A stretch of DNA of 64,000 bases, taken from Anthoceros angustus. Its lineage: Eukaryota; Plantae; Anthocerotophyta. The stretch covers positions 1,922,001-1,986,000 of the forward strand of contig MU008160.1 of assembly GCA_010909165.1 (NCBI GenBank), given 5' to 3'. The notes beneath the pieces were generated by a model. That model ran no database searches. It saw nothing but the letters and a program-made list of their open reading frames with translations, and was not told the DNA's origin. A program made the translations under genes and the position numbers. This document shows positions 24,960-37,305 of this stretch, piece by piece; positions within the stretch are counted from its first letter, which is position 1, and the number at the start of each line of letters is the position of its first letter.

Positions 24960-27900
24960 TTTCAGTTGTTTTTATTGAAGCTTTTTAAGAATAACATATA
25001 TTAGTTTTTTAGATATAGATATTTATTTTTAAATTAATATTCAGAACTTAAATTATCACATGATCTATGAAAATCTAACTAGAGTTGTTCATCAACAGTA
25101 CTTATATTATAGTAGTTAGTTCACATCTTTCATCTACTTATATCTTAGTAAAAGATGGTATGAAACATATATTTAGACTGGTAGGTTTCATTACCTTTTA
25201 ATTAATTCAATGAGCTTGGTCATCCAAATTGGAAGCCTAATCTCCTCTTTTGAGAATAGGTACCATATATTAGTATGCATGTATATACTGTAAAAATGGT
25301 AATGCTAAGATTGGATTGGCTTGCAATGTCTTGATTGCATGCTATTAGGAACTTGAAACTCTTGATGATGCGCAAATGCTAGTTTCCTCTCCTCTTCAAG
25401 CTGGGTCATACTTTTTACAAAAGGACCATGATTCGGGAATTGAAAAAGAAGCTAAACACAATCATTTGGAAAAAAAGAAAAGAATTAAAGGTAAACAAAT
25501 AACCAAAACATGGTGCTCGATATATATTTTTCAAACGTACATGATAAAAATATGACTTGTTGTGTGTGCTTGGAGGGTCTGATTCCACGTCACTTATCCT
25601 TGGACTTTCAGTTTGGCAGCCCAAACTGTCACAATCTTTTTGTCTTGATATAGTGGATGTGTTAGGTACATGAGCTGCAGTTTGCAACCACAACTTAGAG
25701 TAAGTCTTATTTTAAATAATTAAATAATAATTTTATGTATCTGGTTTTATCCCAAGTAGTTCCAAGACTCTAATGTTATTTGTCCGACCAGATTCCATGT
25801 ACATTTAAAGATTCATGACTTGCAACTTCATTGTAGTCTTCATTTTGCACAATTGTAGCATTTTTTGCTACATTCCGTGTTAAGATTAAGGTCTCACTAG
25901 AAACATGTGATGCATTTTGTGCATGGTTTGAGCAACCTCTTTCAAAGGGTGAGACCGTAGATATAGGTGCAGCTGGTTTTGAGTTCCCACCATAAATTGG
26001 GAAGTGAGATAACAATGGTTGGACTTTATATGAACTAATATTTGTTGTAGCAAATGATTGGGAAGTGGGTATAGCTGGAGTCAAGTCTGAGTTTCCACCA
26101 TAAATTGGAAGGTTAGATAATGTTGGTTGTGATATATATGATCCAATATCTCTCGTGGCAAATGGTTGGGAAGTGGATATATGTGGAGTCAAGTCTAAGT
26201 TTCCACCGTAAATTGGGAGGCGAGATAATATTGGTTGCGATGTATATGACTCAAGATCTCTTTTAGCAAATGACTGTGAAGATGATCTGGTGTTCAAACT
26301 GCTAGCAACACATTTTTCATCTATATCCGCGATCATAGAGTTATCATATTGTTTCTTGATAAATGTGGGAGACATTTGTTTTTGAGTTGTATGTTGATCC
26401 ACATGCTTGAATGTTTCTATATTCATTAAATAAAAAGAACGGTAAGATAAAATATGTTTGTAACAAATTAAAGTAAAAAGATAGATAATGATATTCCACC
26501 GAGGCGCACTTTTAGGTTGTGAAGGGATGAAACTATGGCCATATTGGTTCTTGAAGGCAATAGCGGTGATTGTGACTTAGAAGGTTTAGTTTGGCGCTCA
26601 ACTACAGGATCATGATCTATGTGATGTTGCTTGACATATTTTGGTTTTAGTGCAATTTCATATGTTTATGATTTTCAACCCATAGATGAAAAACTAGACT
26701 CTTGCAAGTAATACGACCACTTTTCAACCAAGACCCTTTGACTAAGGCATCCTTCCCGACAAGAAATATGAGATTAAGCCAAAACATATTGTGTAACACT
26801 AATTCATAGGTATATAATTATATTCAAATACAATATGTATACTAACTTGAGCCTTTCAAAATCTCTCTCATACTACCGTAATTCAATTTCAGTTGTTTTA
26901 TTGAAGCTTTTTAAGAATAACATATATTAGTTTTTAGATATAGATATTTATTTTAAATTAATATTCAGAACTTAAATTATCACATGATCTATGAAAATCT
27001 AACTAGAGTTGTTCATCAACAGTACTTATATTATAGTAGTTAGTTCACATCTTTCATCTACTTATATCTTAGTAAAAGATGGTATGAAACATATATTTAG
27101 GTAGGTTTCATTACCTTTTAATTAATTCAATGAGCTTGGTCATCCAAATTGGAAGCCTAATCTCCTCTTTTGAGAATAGGTACCATATATTAGTATGCAT
27201 GTATATCTTGTAAAATGGTAATGCTAAGATTGGATTGGCTTGCAATGTCTTGATTGCATGCTATTAGGAACTTGAAACTCTTGATGATGCGAAATGCTAG
27301 TTTCCTCTCCTCTTCAAGTGGGTCATACTTTTTACAAAAGGACCATGATTCGGAATTGAAAAGAAAAGCTAAACACAATCATTTGGAAAAAGAAAAGAAT
27401 TAAAGGTAAACAAATAACCAAAACATGGTGCTCGATATATATATTTTTCAAAGCGTACATGATAAAATATGACTTGTTGTGTGTGCTTGGAGGTCCGATT
27501 CCGTCACTTATCCTTGGACTTTCGGTTTGGCAGCCCAAACTGTCACAATCTTTTTGTCTTGATATAGTGGATGTGTTAGGTACATGAGCTGCAGTTTGCA
27601 ACCACAACTTAGAGTAAGTCTTATTTTAAATAATTAAATAATAATTTTATGTATCTGGTTTTATCCCAAGTAGTTCCAAGACTCTAATGTTATTTGTCTG
27701 ACCTGTATTCCTCCAAGCAGCTACAGCTTGCCTAAAAGATTCATGACTTGCAGCTTCATTGTAGTCTTCATTTTGCACAATTGTAGCATTTTTTGCTACA
27801 TTCCGTGTTAAGATTAAGGTCTCACTAGAAACATGTGATGCATTTTGTGCATGGTTTGAGCAACCTCTTTCAAAGGGTGAGACCGTAGATATAGGTGCAA

Positions 27901-28830
27901 TGGTTTTGAGTTCCCACCATAAATTGGGAAGTGAGATAACAATGGTTGGACTTTATATGAACTAATATTTGTTGTAGCAAATGATTGGGAAGTGGGTATA
28001 GCTGGAGTCAAGTCTGAGTTTCCACCATAAATTGGAAGGTTAGATAATGTTGGTTGTGATATATATGATCCAATATCTCTCGTGGCAAATGGTTGGGAAG
28101 TGGATATATGTGGAGTCAAGTCTAAGTTTCCACCGTAAATTGGGAGGCGAGATAATATTGGTTGCGATGTATATGACTCAAGATCTCTTTTAGCAAATGA
28201 CTGTGAAGATGATCTGGTGTTCAAACTGCTAGCAACACATTTTTCATCTATATCCGCGATCATAGAGTTATCATATTGTTTCTTGATAAATGTGGGAGAC
28301 ATTTGTTTTTGAGTTGTATGTTGATCCACATGCTTGAATGTTTCTATATTCATTAAATAAAAAGAACGGTAAGATAAAATATGCTGTAACAAATTAAAGT
28401 AAAAAAGATAGATAACAGCATATTCCACCTGAGGCTGCACTTTTAGGTTGTGAAGGGATGAAACTATGGCCATATTGGTTCTTGAAGGCAATAGCAGGTG
28501 ATTGTGACTTAGAAGGTTTAGTTTGGCGCTCAACTACAGGATCATGATCTATGTGATGTTGCTTCTGACATATTTTGGTTTTAGTGCAATTTCATATGTT
28601 TATGATTTTCAACCCATAGATGAAAAAACTAGACTCTTGCAAGTAATACCTGACCACTTTTCAACCAAGACCCTTTGACTAAGGCATCCTTCCTGCACAA
28701 GAAATATGAGATTAAGCCAAAACATATTGTGTAACACTAATTCATAGGTATATAATTATATTCAAATACAATATGTATACTAACTTGAGCCTTTCAAAAA
28801 TCTCTCGCTCTGCAGCTACCGCAATTCGAA
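24960..28830. repeat. ~1.9-kb tandem duplication (24960-26880 / 26885-28830)
   Basis: Near-identical copies with duplicated ORFs MWLQTAAHVP… and MNIETFKHVD…. Confidence 0.92.
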
Positions 28831-29200
28831 TTTCAGCAAGCCTTTTTTCTTTTTCTTTTGTTTCTTTCTCAAGTTTAGCTGTGTCGCCGATGGAAGCAAA
28901 GGAACGTCTACAATAAATAGAATAGTTATATTTTGGATGTCTCCCTTTGATGTCCTTTGCTAGATGAGCTCTCCCATCATGTCTCCCCACAATTAAAAAA
29001 ATTCTAAAAGAAACTATTCGTGAAACTGTAGGAGAATTCTAAAGTAAAAGAAACAGTGTGAGGTATACCTCTTCCTTTCTCCCATGGCCAAACTTGATTT
29101 TTTCCATAATTGAGTCAAATTTGCCTTTTCATCTGAAATAATGTTTGTGAAGGAAAACAATTGATACTTCTGCGTGTTACTAAAACCTTGTTCATGTTTC
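25190..29200 (-). CDS. AT-rich multi-exon gene of unknown function with three ~33-aa repeats (SQPxLSxLPIYGGNxDLTP), partly duplicated
   Basis: ORFs 25776-26426 and 27814-28533 contain the repeats. A coiled-coil-like exon lies at 28742-28990 (KLEKETKEKEKRLAEIR). Splice-like boundaries. Confidence 0.4.
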
Positions 29201-29784
29201 AACTATTAACCAGGACTCTATGCAAACAAGTGATATATAGTAGTAGAAAACACTTGTCTCATTTACCCATGGATTAGAATATAGTTGGCTTCTAGCTAGA
29301 TTGAACTCGAGCTTCCAAATGAAGCTACTAAGCTGTCCAGAGCTGCTTTTAATAAATAATATTGAAATTATAATTTATTAAAATATTTTTAAAAAGATAC
29401 TGATAAATTACAAATTACTAAGTATTTGAATGAAAGATATCATCTTTAATAAAATTACATCAATAAAAACCACCTAATATATCTATTTATATATAAGTAT
29501 CATACACACCTATTAGACTACAAAGATTAAGTACAATAAAATGTACCTAGTATAAGTAGTGATGTGATCTTTATCTTGAATGTAGAAGCTTGAGTAGATG
29601 ACTTAATGAGATTTTCACTGCCCACGTTTGATTGAGTTAGTCCATCCTCTCTAATCCAAAATTAAAAGCTTCTTGAATAAATAGCTCACATATTTATGGG
29701 AATGAGATTTGTAGTTTTTTTAGAAGAAGAAGAAGAAGAAGAATTTTATTTAAGTCCACTAAGGACGGATTTCCATCACGGGAC

Positions 29785-29962
29785 TTGGTACTTAACAACT
29801 TGTACCATGGAGTGCCTAAGCTACTTGCACCAAGGGCATCCACTCCCTTTAAGCACCCCATCTAAGTACCGATCTTGGTACTTAACAACTTGTACCATGG
29901 AGTGCCTAAGCTACTTGCACCAAGGGCATCCACTCCCTTTAAGCACCCCATCTAAGTACCGA
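29785..29962. repeat. 89-bp tandem duplicate with a dispersed copy at ~24684-24775
   Basis: cttggtacttaacaacttgtaccatgg…aagcacc-catctaagta occurs twice here and once near 24690. Confidence 0.85.
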
Positions 29963-30452
29963 TCTAAGCTCAGGATGCAGGTTCTTATAAATGTGTGTCC
30001 ATTTGGCCTAAGCCATTTAGACACATGAAGCATTCTTGTTTTCGAACTTGCTCACTTCAATTACGCAAACTTATACCAGCTTTTGAAGAAAAAAAGCCCA
30101 ATCAACCCAATTTTGCAAGCAGAGTTTGTTAATTTCATACTACCTGAAGGTCGTCCCCAGGAGAGTACTCTAGTGAGTTCTCAGCGCGAGACAGTTCGTA
30201 ATAACCTTGAAACTTTGATGAAAAGTGCGATGCAAATCGCAATCCCCAAAAATGAAAATGGATCATGGACCATGGCAGTTCAATGTTCCACGCACATTTT
30301 CACTACTACGGCGGCTTTTACAGTTTTCAGAAAGGAGGAGACTGCAGGGCCCTAGACCGGCCGAAGCAGCAGGATGCGAGCTGCGGTGCGGATGGACAGA
30401 CAAACCGGGACGATGGGTGGAGCCCGGTGAGCTGCGGTGCTTGTGAGGAGCA

Positions 30453-33326
30453 ATGGCTCCTCTTACTGCTGCCATGGATGCAGCTGTGCTGCCGACTCCA
30501 AGCTCGTCGTTTCCTGCACTGTCCCGTTCCCAGTGCCCTTGCTCCCGCCTCTCCTTCTCCCATTCCTTCCTCTCGGACCCGGTGTCGGGATTCTCATCCA
30601 GGCTGCAGCTGCATTTGAGAGGGCACGGGGGCTTGAGGTCCAAGCAGCTGCAGAGGAGAGCTGGGTCGACTGTCCTGGCCCTGGGGACGTTGCCGGAGCT
30701 GGAGGACAGGGAGACCGGGGAATCTGATTCGGGAGACGGAAACGGGAGAGACTCGGTTGACAAGCCTGGGGAGAGCTACTATCCGAGAGGCGGAAGGTAC
30801 AAGAGGGAACCGGAGGAGCGGCCGACAAGGAGCTATAATCGGTGGGAGTCGGGAGATCGAGCTTCCAGAGGCTATGTCGGGAGAGCTGGGAGGGATTCGG
30901 ATTACGTGCCGTCGGACTACAGGGTTTCGAGGGGGCGGGGGTACAACCGGGGAAACGGGGTGGACAGGGCTGGAGGCGGAGGGGACGGAGGCCGGAGAGC
31001 GGCCTGGGGGTACAATGGCAGGTTTGGGGGATTCGGAGGAGAGGCCGCCGTGGAGCTCTGACACTGGGGGAAGGGAGGCGGGAGAGCGGCCTGGACGGGG
31101 GTACAATGGCAGGCTTGGGAGGGATTCGGAGGAGAGGCCGCCGTGGAGCTCTGACACTAGGGTTGGGGACGGGGGGAGAGGAGGAGGTGTTGGAAGCAAG
31201 GTGAGGACTGTGAGGAAGAAGGAAGGTCCTTCGGTGCCTCGAGGTGCCAAGGCGCCGAAGAACCTGATCTTGAAGCCGCCTATGGATGACAGCAAAATGG
31301 TGGAGCGGCTGCTGGCCAGTCCGCAGTTGACGCTCAAGACGTTCCCTCTGCTCAGTGCGTGTTTGCCGTCTGCGCCGCTCCGGAAGTCGGATACGGTTTG
31401 GATAGATGAGAACATGCTGGAGCTGAAGGATGCGTTAGGGTATCCGTTGGAGGGGATGGAGAATCCGGGTGAAGGGAGCCCGCTTGCGCATCTGGAGACT
31501 TTGCTGTACCTGGCGTTCCAGCATGAGGGCACGGTCAGGTACAAAAAGGCTTTCTATGTGCGCAATGGGCATACCAGGCTCGCATTTCTGGGGCAACAAG
31601 TAGTGGAAATGGCTTTGACAGAGCTACTTCTACAGATGTTTCCGAAGGAGACAACTGGGTGCACCCGGGATCGGACGTATTTGCTCACCGGGAAGAAGTT
31701 TTTGCCGGAATGGATCAAGGCAGCTTCCATGGACCGGCTCATTTTCCCGGAGGCTGAGGACATTGACAGGCTGAAGAGGAAGGATCGGGAGCCTCCTATT
31801 AAGTGAGTGCTGGATGTAGGAGGAGTTGCTTGCTGTTCAGACTGCTTTCAGTGAGCACGGGTGTTGTCCTTTCTGGTTGGCATCTAGTTTGCACATTCTT
31901 GTCACCTGCAGCTCAGGAGATGTGATGCTGTTGGATGTTAGGTGGTGACTGACGTCTCTGTTTGGTGTTCCTTGCATGGTGCCTTCTCCAGGTCGACTTT
32001 CTCTGCACTGATGGGTGCATTGTATTTGACAATGGGCATGGGAGAGGTGTACCGTGTACTCTTTGAGGTCTTTGGAATGGATCCCTATGCAAAGTCTTGC
32101 CAACCGAAGCCTAGGAGCAGATTGGAGGATATCGACTTCGTGTCTCCAGAGCTTGAAAGAAAACTCTCTTGGCAAGATATTGCATTCTATGAGGTAGCTA
32201 CTGGGTTCTAGTATTTCTGGGCTGTTAGTTAGGCACGAATTTTCAGCTCTGCACTGAGTGACCCCTGTGCCATAGGCTCATTTTTCAAATCTTGTTGGGC
32301 TGCAGCCACCGGCGGATTCCCTCTTTGCTGAACCACGCCTCTTCAGAGCTTGCGTCCCTCCTGGCATGCACCGTTTTAGAGGCAGCTTATGGGAGGACGA
32401 GAGCCTTGGGTTTGTGAAGAAAGTGCTGGGCTATCCACGACCTCCTTCACCCGGGGATACGAAGGAAGCATTGAAGGCCAGAGATCTTGAGGTGGACCTT
32501 GGACTTCAGGTTGGTTGTTGTGGTTTAGGGGCTTGTTTCATTCAAGCTTACTGTGGTCCGAGTCTACAGGATCTGGCCATGAGTCATGGTACCTACCTGT
32601 TACTGACATATTCTTCATTATCTTATTCCAGCTCTGCTTCCTACATCCCTCGAAATACAAGTTTGAACACCCCCGCTTCTGTAATGAGCGGCTAGAATTA
32701 TTGGGGTCGCGTGTGATGGTGAGCCCCTAGCAGCCAACTTACAGTTTCTTCCTCTGTTGTCTTCATGTGCTTGTTATCTCATGTGCAACTCACCCACCGT
32801 TTGGCTGTGGCAGGATGTCATCATGGCTGAGAAGCTTCTAATGAAGCACCTGGATGGTCCTGGTGAGTGGCTGGGGGTCAAGCACCGCAGGCTTTTGATG
32901 AACAGAGTCTGTGGGCGGTTGTTGAGGGACAAGAAGCTGGGGCGACATGTCGTTTACAGTGATGAGAGGATTTTGGTCTTTGAGAGATGCCGAAGGTTGC
33001 GGAACCTGACCACCTCCGGAGTACAGCAGGCCATTCACGGCCTGGGATATGTCGTATATGGAAGACCTGAAGTCCGGCGCCTGATGTTTGATGTTTTCGA
33101 CACCGAAGCAGGGCCGCAAGAGCAACGTCTCCTACCTGCTCCTTATCGTCCTACCGCACTAGTTCCACCTGCAGGCTATCAATCTTCTCGGTCTGGGACT
33201 CAATCTCCTCAGTTCCGGTACCCTCCCAACTATCAAACTCAGTTCAGATCCAATTTTCCGTCCTCTCCTTTCTACAGACCTCCACCGCCAGCCTCAGATC
33301 AGGGAGCCAGACAAGCGGATGACTAG
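30453..33326 (+). CDS. RNC1: Chloroplast RNase III-domain group II intron splicing factor RNC1 (one apparent frameshift near 30990-31040)
   Basis: LLYLAFQH, NGHTRLAFLGQ, WIKAAS, EVYRVLFEVFGMDP, PRLFRACVPPGMHRFRG, LCFLHPSKYKFEHPRFCNERLE, AEKLLMKHLD, KHRRLLMN, QQAIHGL. Exons 30453-31802, 31992-32193, 32306-32509, 32632-32718, 32814-33326. Transit peptide at the N-terminus. Confidence 0.92.
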
Positions 33327-34040
33327 TGTGCTGGCCTTTGCAATGACCAACCTGTCTCTTCAATACTGATACCCACGGAAGGAAGCTTCCGTGCAACTCA
33401 TAGTGGAGTTGGCTGTTTCTGCCTTGTACCTTGTGAAAGACACCGGCTTTGCTACGTGCCTTTTATCCGAAGACCCTGGTCCTGAAAGCCACAACGTTTC
33501 CTCACCTGCTGCCGTGCTGGCTCGTTGCTTAGCGAGCGAATCAGCAAAATCAGCTGCATCCGTCCGTGCCCAACGCTTGTCCAGTGCACACCTGTGAACT
33601 TGTTGCAGATGGTTTTGTCAGAGGAAACAGGATATTGTCTAGTGCAATAATGCTACTGCAATAATGTTCACATTTTTCCTCTTGGCTTCAAAGAAGACGA
33701 ACTGGATGAACGCCCGCAAAGCCTTTCTTGTCCGGAACCAATAATGTCGCCTGTCGCGAGCAAATGAGCTTTGGGAGAGTGTGAAATCTTTGCTCAAGCT
33801 CCTTGCAGATGGCCAAGTTGAGCCGAATGATTCCGAGTCCCACATGAGGCTTTCTTCCCTTCAGCTCTGGAGCCATGCTTTCCTTGAGGAGTCGCCTTGC
33901 TAGATGCCAGGTTTGGCCGGCACCAATTTGCCTCGTGCTCTTTACGGCCTGTGTAGATCTACTTAAGATCGTGGTGAGCCCCCGGCCTCTCTAGACATCC
34001 TGATGCTCCAGTCCTATAGGGCACCACGCAGGCAGGAAGG

Positions 34041-36194
34041 ATGGGTTTGTTGTTAGCTGCCTACGGAATTGCGGTCCTGCTGCTCATGGACCCGCCTGTT
34101 CTGGTTTCTGCAGCTGGTACTTGCTTGTCATGCGCTGATATGGAAAGTGAAATGCAGGATGCTGTAACCAAGATCCATGAAGGATAGAAGAAGAAGACGA
34201 ACAAGTCTATTATAGTCCACTAGGACGGAATTGGCCTGACTCTTGCTTGTCTCGGTCGGTGATGCAGGGGGACCGTGCTCCAAGACTCAAGTTACCATTC
34301 CATGCTTCTCCTCCTCCGACTTCGGCGCCCGTCAAAGTCATCCCAGCAACCAGACTGTGCAGTTCGTGCTTCAGAACGATATCCTCCTCAGATCCCCTCT
34401 CAACATCTCTGGGCCCTCCTTCGCCTGCACTATCATCACGTCCGAGCACGGCTCTCGGTTCTCTTTGACAACACGGTCTGACGAATTTCCTGCTGTCACC
34501 ATCTCCCGCACCTCCAACATATGGATCCACGGTGTGAGCATCAGCATCAATTTGAACCAGAGCTCTCCACAGCCTTGTCCCCTCGCCTTGCCCCTGTCCA
34601 CGCGCCTCTCCTACGTCACCTACTGCCCAGCCATCCTTGTCCACAGCTCCTGGGGAATCCAGATAGTCCAGTCTTCAGGTACACACATCTCCTGGGCCTT
34701 GGATTGTCCTTGTAAAATCGCTGCTTTTCAGTGTGTCCATTGTCCAGTCTTCCTGCTGGGTACTGAGATGTGAAGTCGTAAACCGCTGGCAGTGTTTGGC
34801 AGATTGGATGTCTTCTCAGCCACCCAAGCATTGTTCGACTCCCTTCAGATCACCACTGTCTCGGATGACAGAGCGGCGGTCAGATTTGCGTACGTGGGCG
34901 ACGGCCCAAACCTGATCAAATCTCTTATCACCCTCTCCAACTCAAGAATTGAAGGAGGCGAGACAGGTGTGCTTCTCAACCGATTCACTGTCGGGGTGAC
35001 CGTTGCCAACAACGAGCTCGTCAACCAGGCAATTCTCCGTCCCTGGACCCTGTGCATTCGCGCATTCCGTTCAACCTTCTCCACGGATTATGACGTTCCC
35101 GTTCCGTTCCCCTTGCCTGCCTCCTGCAGTATTTCACCGGCATCGAATGTGGAGAGAGGAGAAGCATGAACGCTGGGGACTGCATGCTCAACAGCCTTGT
35201 CAACAACTTCATCCACGCAGATTATGGCCATCCTGTGGAAGACGACTCGTCTGCTATCTACTTCAGCACACATTGGCTCAACCCGGGAAACTACCTCTCT
35301 TGCAACTATGCCACTGGAGCCCTGGTACAGTGCTTCTACTTGGATTGGGCCTCTTCAGGAATTACCATTGATGGAGGTGTTTGCTTCAACCTTACGTCTG
35401 GAGTGAAGCTCAACACTGGGCATCAGAATAACATCACCAGCGTGCTCATCATTCAAGCCAATCTCCCTGGCTGGATCAGCTGCCAGAACTACTTTTCCAA
35501 CAACTGCATGCAAGAGCCCGCTCTCACCTGGGAACGAGTTCGTTTGGCCAATTACTCATCCCCACTATTTCAGAAGGTAATGAACCCTGCACCTCTTGCA
35601 ATGCCTTCTGCTCCTTTGCTTTCCCCACACACAAAAACTAGGGATGCAGGGAAAATCGTCTATCGAACCAGCAGCTTTATTTCCATAGATGTAAGTTGGG
35701 ATAACGCATTCATTATCTACTAATATATTATAATATGTGTTTGAACTATGCAGACTTATCCTTGGTTGGACAACATATGTGAAGAAACCCAAGTGGGAAA
35801 TATTCCTTGCAATCCCGATGATGGTGTAGCTCCTAATGCAAATATAACAGGCAATTGTTCTGGACTTCCAACCAATAATATAGTACAGTTTACGATAATT
35901 TTACCTCGAAAACGACATAATACACCTACTTATTTGAGTTGTGATTCATTGACAACGGTAACGTCCTTGAACACGATGGATTATATCACCTATTTTAACT
36001 TAAGTAAGGCAGGTTTCAACAATATCACTTCCTTGGACTATGGATTGAAGAGAGATTCAGCCATCTACAAGAGCTATCCCAATTTTCGATCTTGTCCTAA
36101 ATCCTTGAACGGTATTCAGGCTGTCAACTCTACAAATTATATGAAGAGTTTCAATATTCTTCCGGGACCTTTAGCTTCTAGTCTTGTTCAGTAA
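34041..36194 (+). CDS. Secreted right-handed parallel beta-helix (pectin-lyase fold) protein, bacterial GH141-like, ~536 aa
   Basis: Exons 34041-34116, 34268-34678, 34793-35028, 35130-35576, 35754-36194 splice in frame (1611 nt). Signal peptide MGLLLAAYGIAVLLL. Beta-helix repeats (ITLSNSRIEG, VTVANNEL, NNFIH). Motifs DDSSAIY, FYLDWASSGITIDG, GHQNNI, YSSPLFQKTYPWLDNI. Confidence 0.65.
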
Positions 36195-36448
36195 ATGCTG
36201 AATCAGCACAAGTCCAATACACTTGGCAAACTTTTTGATAGAACTTTCGAATGAAAGAGACTACCTACTCTCAATCAAGCTTGTCTAGTTGCTTGATAAC
36301 CGAAGCATAAAAACTGGCCACTGCCACGAGGCTCAATATTGCCGTCAATGAGATCTGTTTGAGATGCCACCATTTGTTGGTTTAGCGAGTTAAGCATACA
36401 TGTTTTGAAAGTATGCTGGTTCGAGAAGACGATACAAGCAGATCGACA

Positions 36449-37305
36449 ATGGTGCGAGGGAACAAAGGCATGGATCGCAACCAGAAGGTGCTGTTTGTGA
36501 AGGGGAAGTCGTTCAGGAATCACTTCTAGCTGGCTGTACTCGATGGACAGAATGCGTGGAGTTTGCAAGGTGCACCTTACTTGTCTTCAGCTTTCCAGAG
36601 TTTCTTGCGAACTCGTGCACTGATGGCAAGTGGTTCTGTTTCTGTATCTTCTTTCAGCTACGGTTGAGCAGGTTGCCCCCTGGGCTGAAGGATGGGACAA
36701 GGCGTCGTCAGAATACGTTGACATTAGCCGGAAACATCTAGGCCAGAACGAGCCGGCATCCAACTACAAGCCAGGAAACCGATGTTGGAAGAGTAGGGTT
36801 TTTTGTTCAGGACGGTAGTGGATGTCTTGAAATGAGCGCCCAGTTGCATGCACTTTAGTCCTTACTTGTATTCCTACTTGTGTGCCACCAGTGCTAGCTG
36901 TGCAGCTTGCTGGTGGAGCTGAGGTTGCTGACTGGCAGTGCAATGGCTAATTCGCACTGGTTATTTGCGCTTAAGTTTTGAAACCAGGGACAAGTATGAT
37001 ACTGTGCTCATGGTTATTTGGAGGCTACACATAGATCTCAACCGGTGGCAAGTAGTTGCGGACCTTCTCAATTATCTCGTGAACACAAATGAAGTTCTTC
37101 TTGTGAGTTGTTGGCACTAGTTTAACGTCTTCTTGTTAGAATGCTACGTGCATGTTGATCATGTGGTTGGTTCGTTGTGCTGTGCAGGAAAATGCTGCAC
37201 GCTCCCAGTTGAATTTTGATAGAATGAAAGATGCTGCTGAAAAAGCTCTGCAGCAATCTGAACGTTACTGCGAAGAAGCAGTTTGAGGATGAGATCTACC
37301 AAAAG
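36449..37305 (+). pseudogene. XRCC4: XRCC4 (NHEJ factor) pseudogene or damaged copy
   Basis: VLFVKGKSFRNHF*LAVLDGQNAWSLQ|ATVEQVAPWAEGWDKASSEYVDISRKHLG, VVADLLNYLVNTNEVLL|ENAARSQLNFDRMKDAAEKALQQSERYCEE and FEDEIYQK match plant XRCC4 blocks. In-frame TAG at 36527-36529, frameshift near 37275, last exon not seen. Confidence 0.8.
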
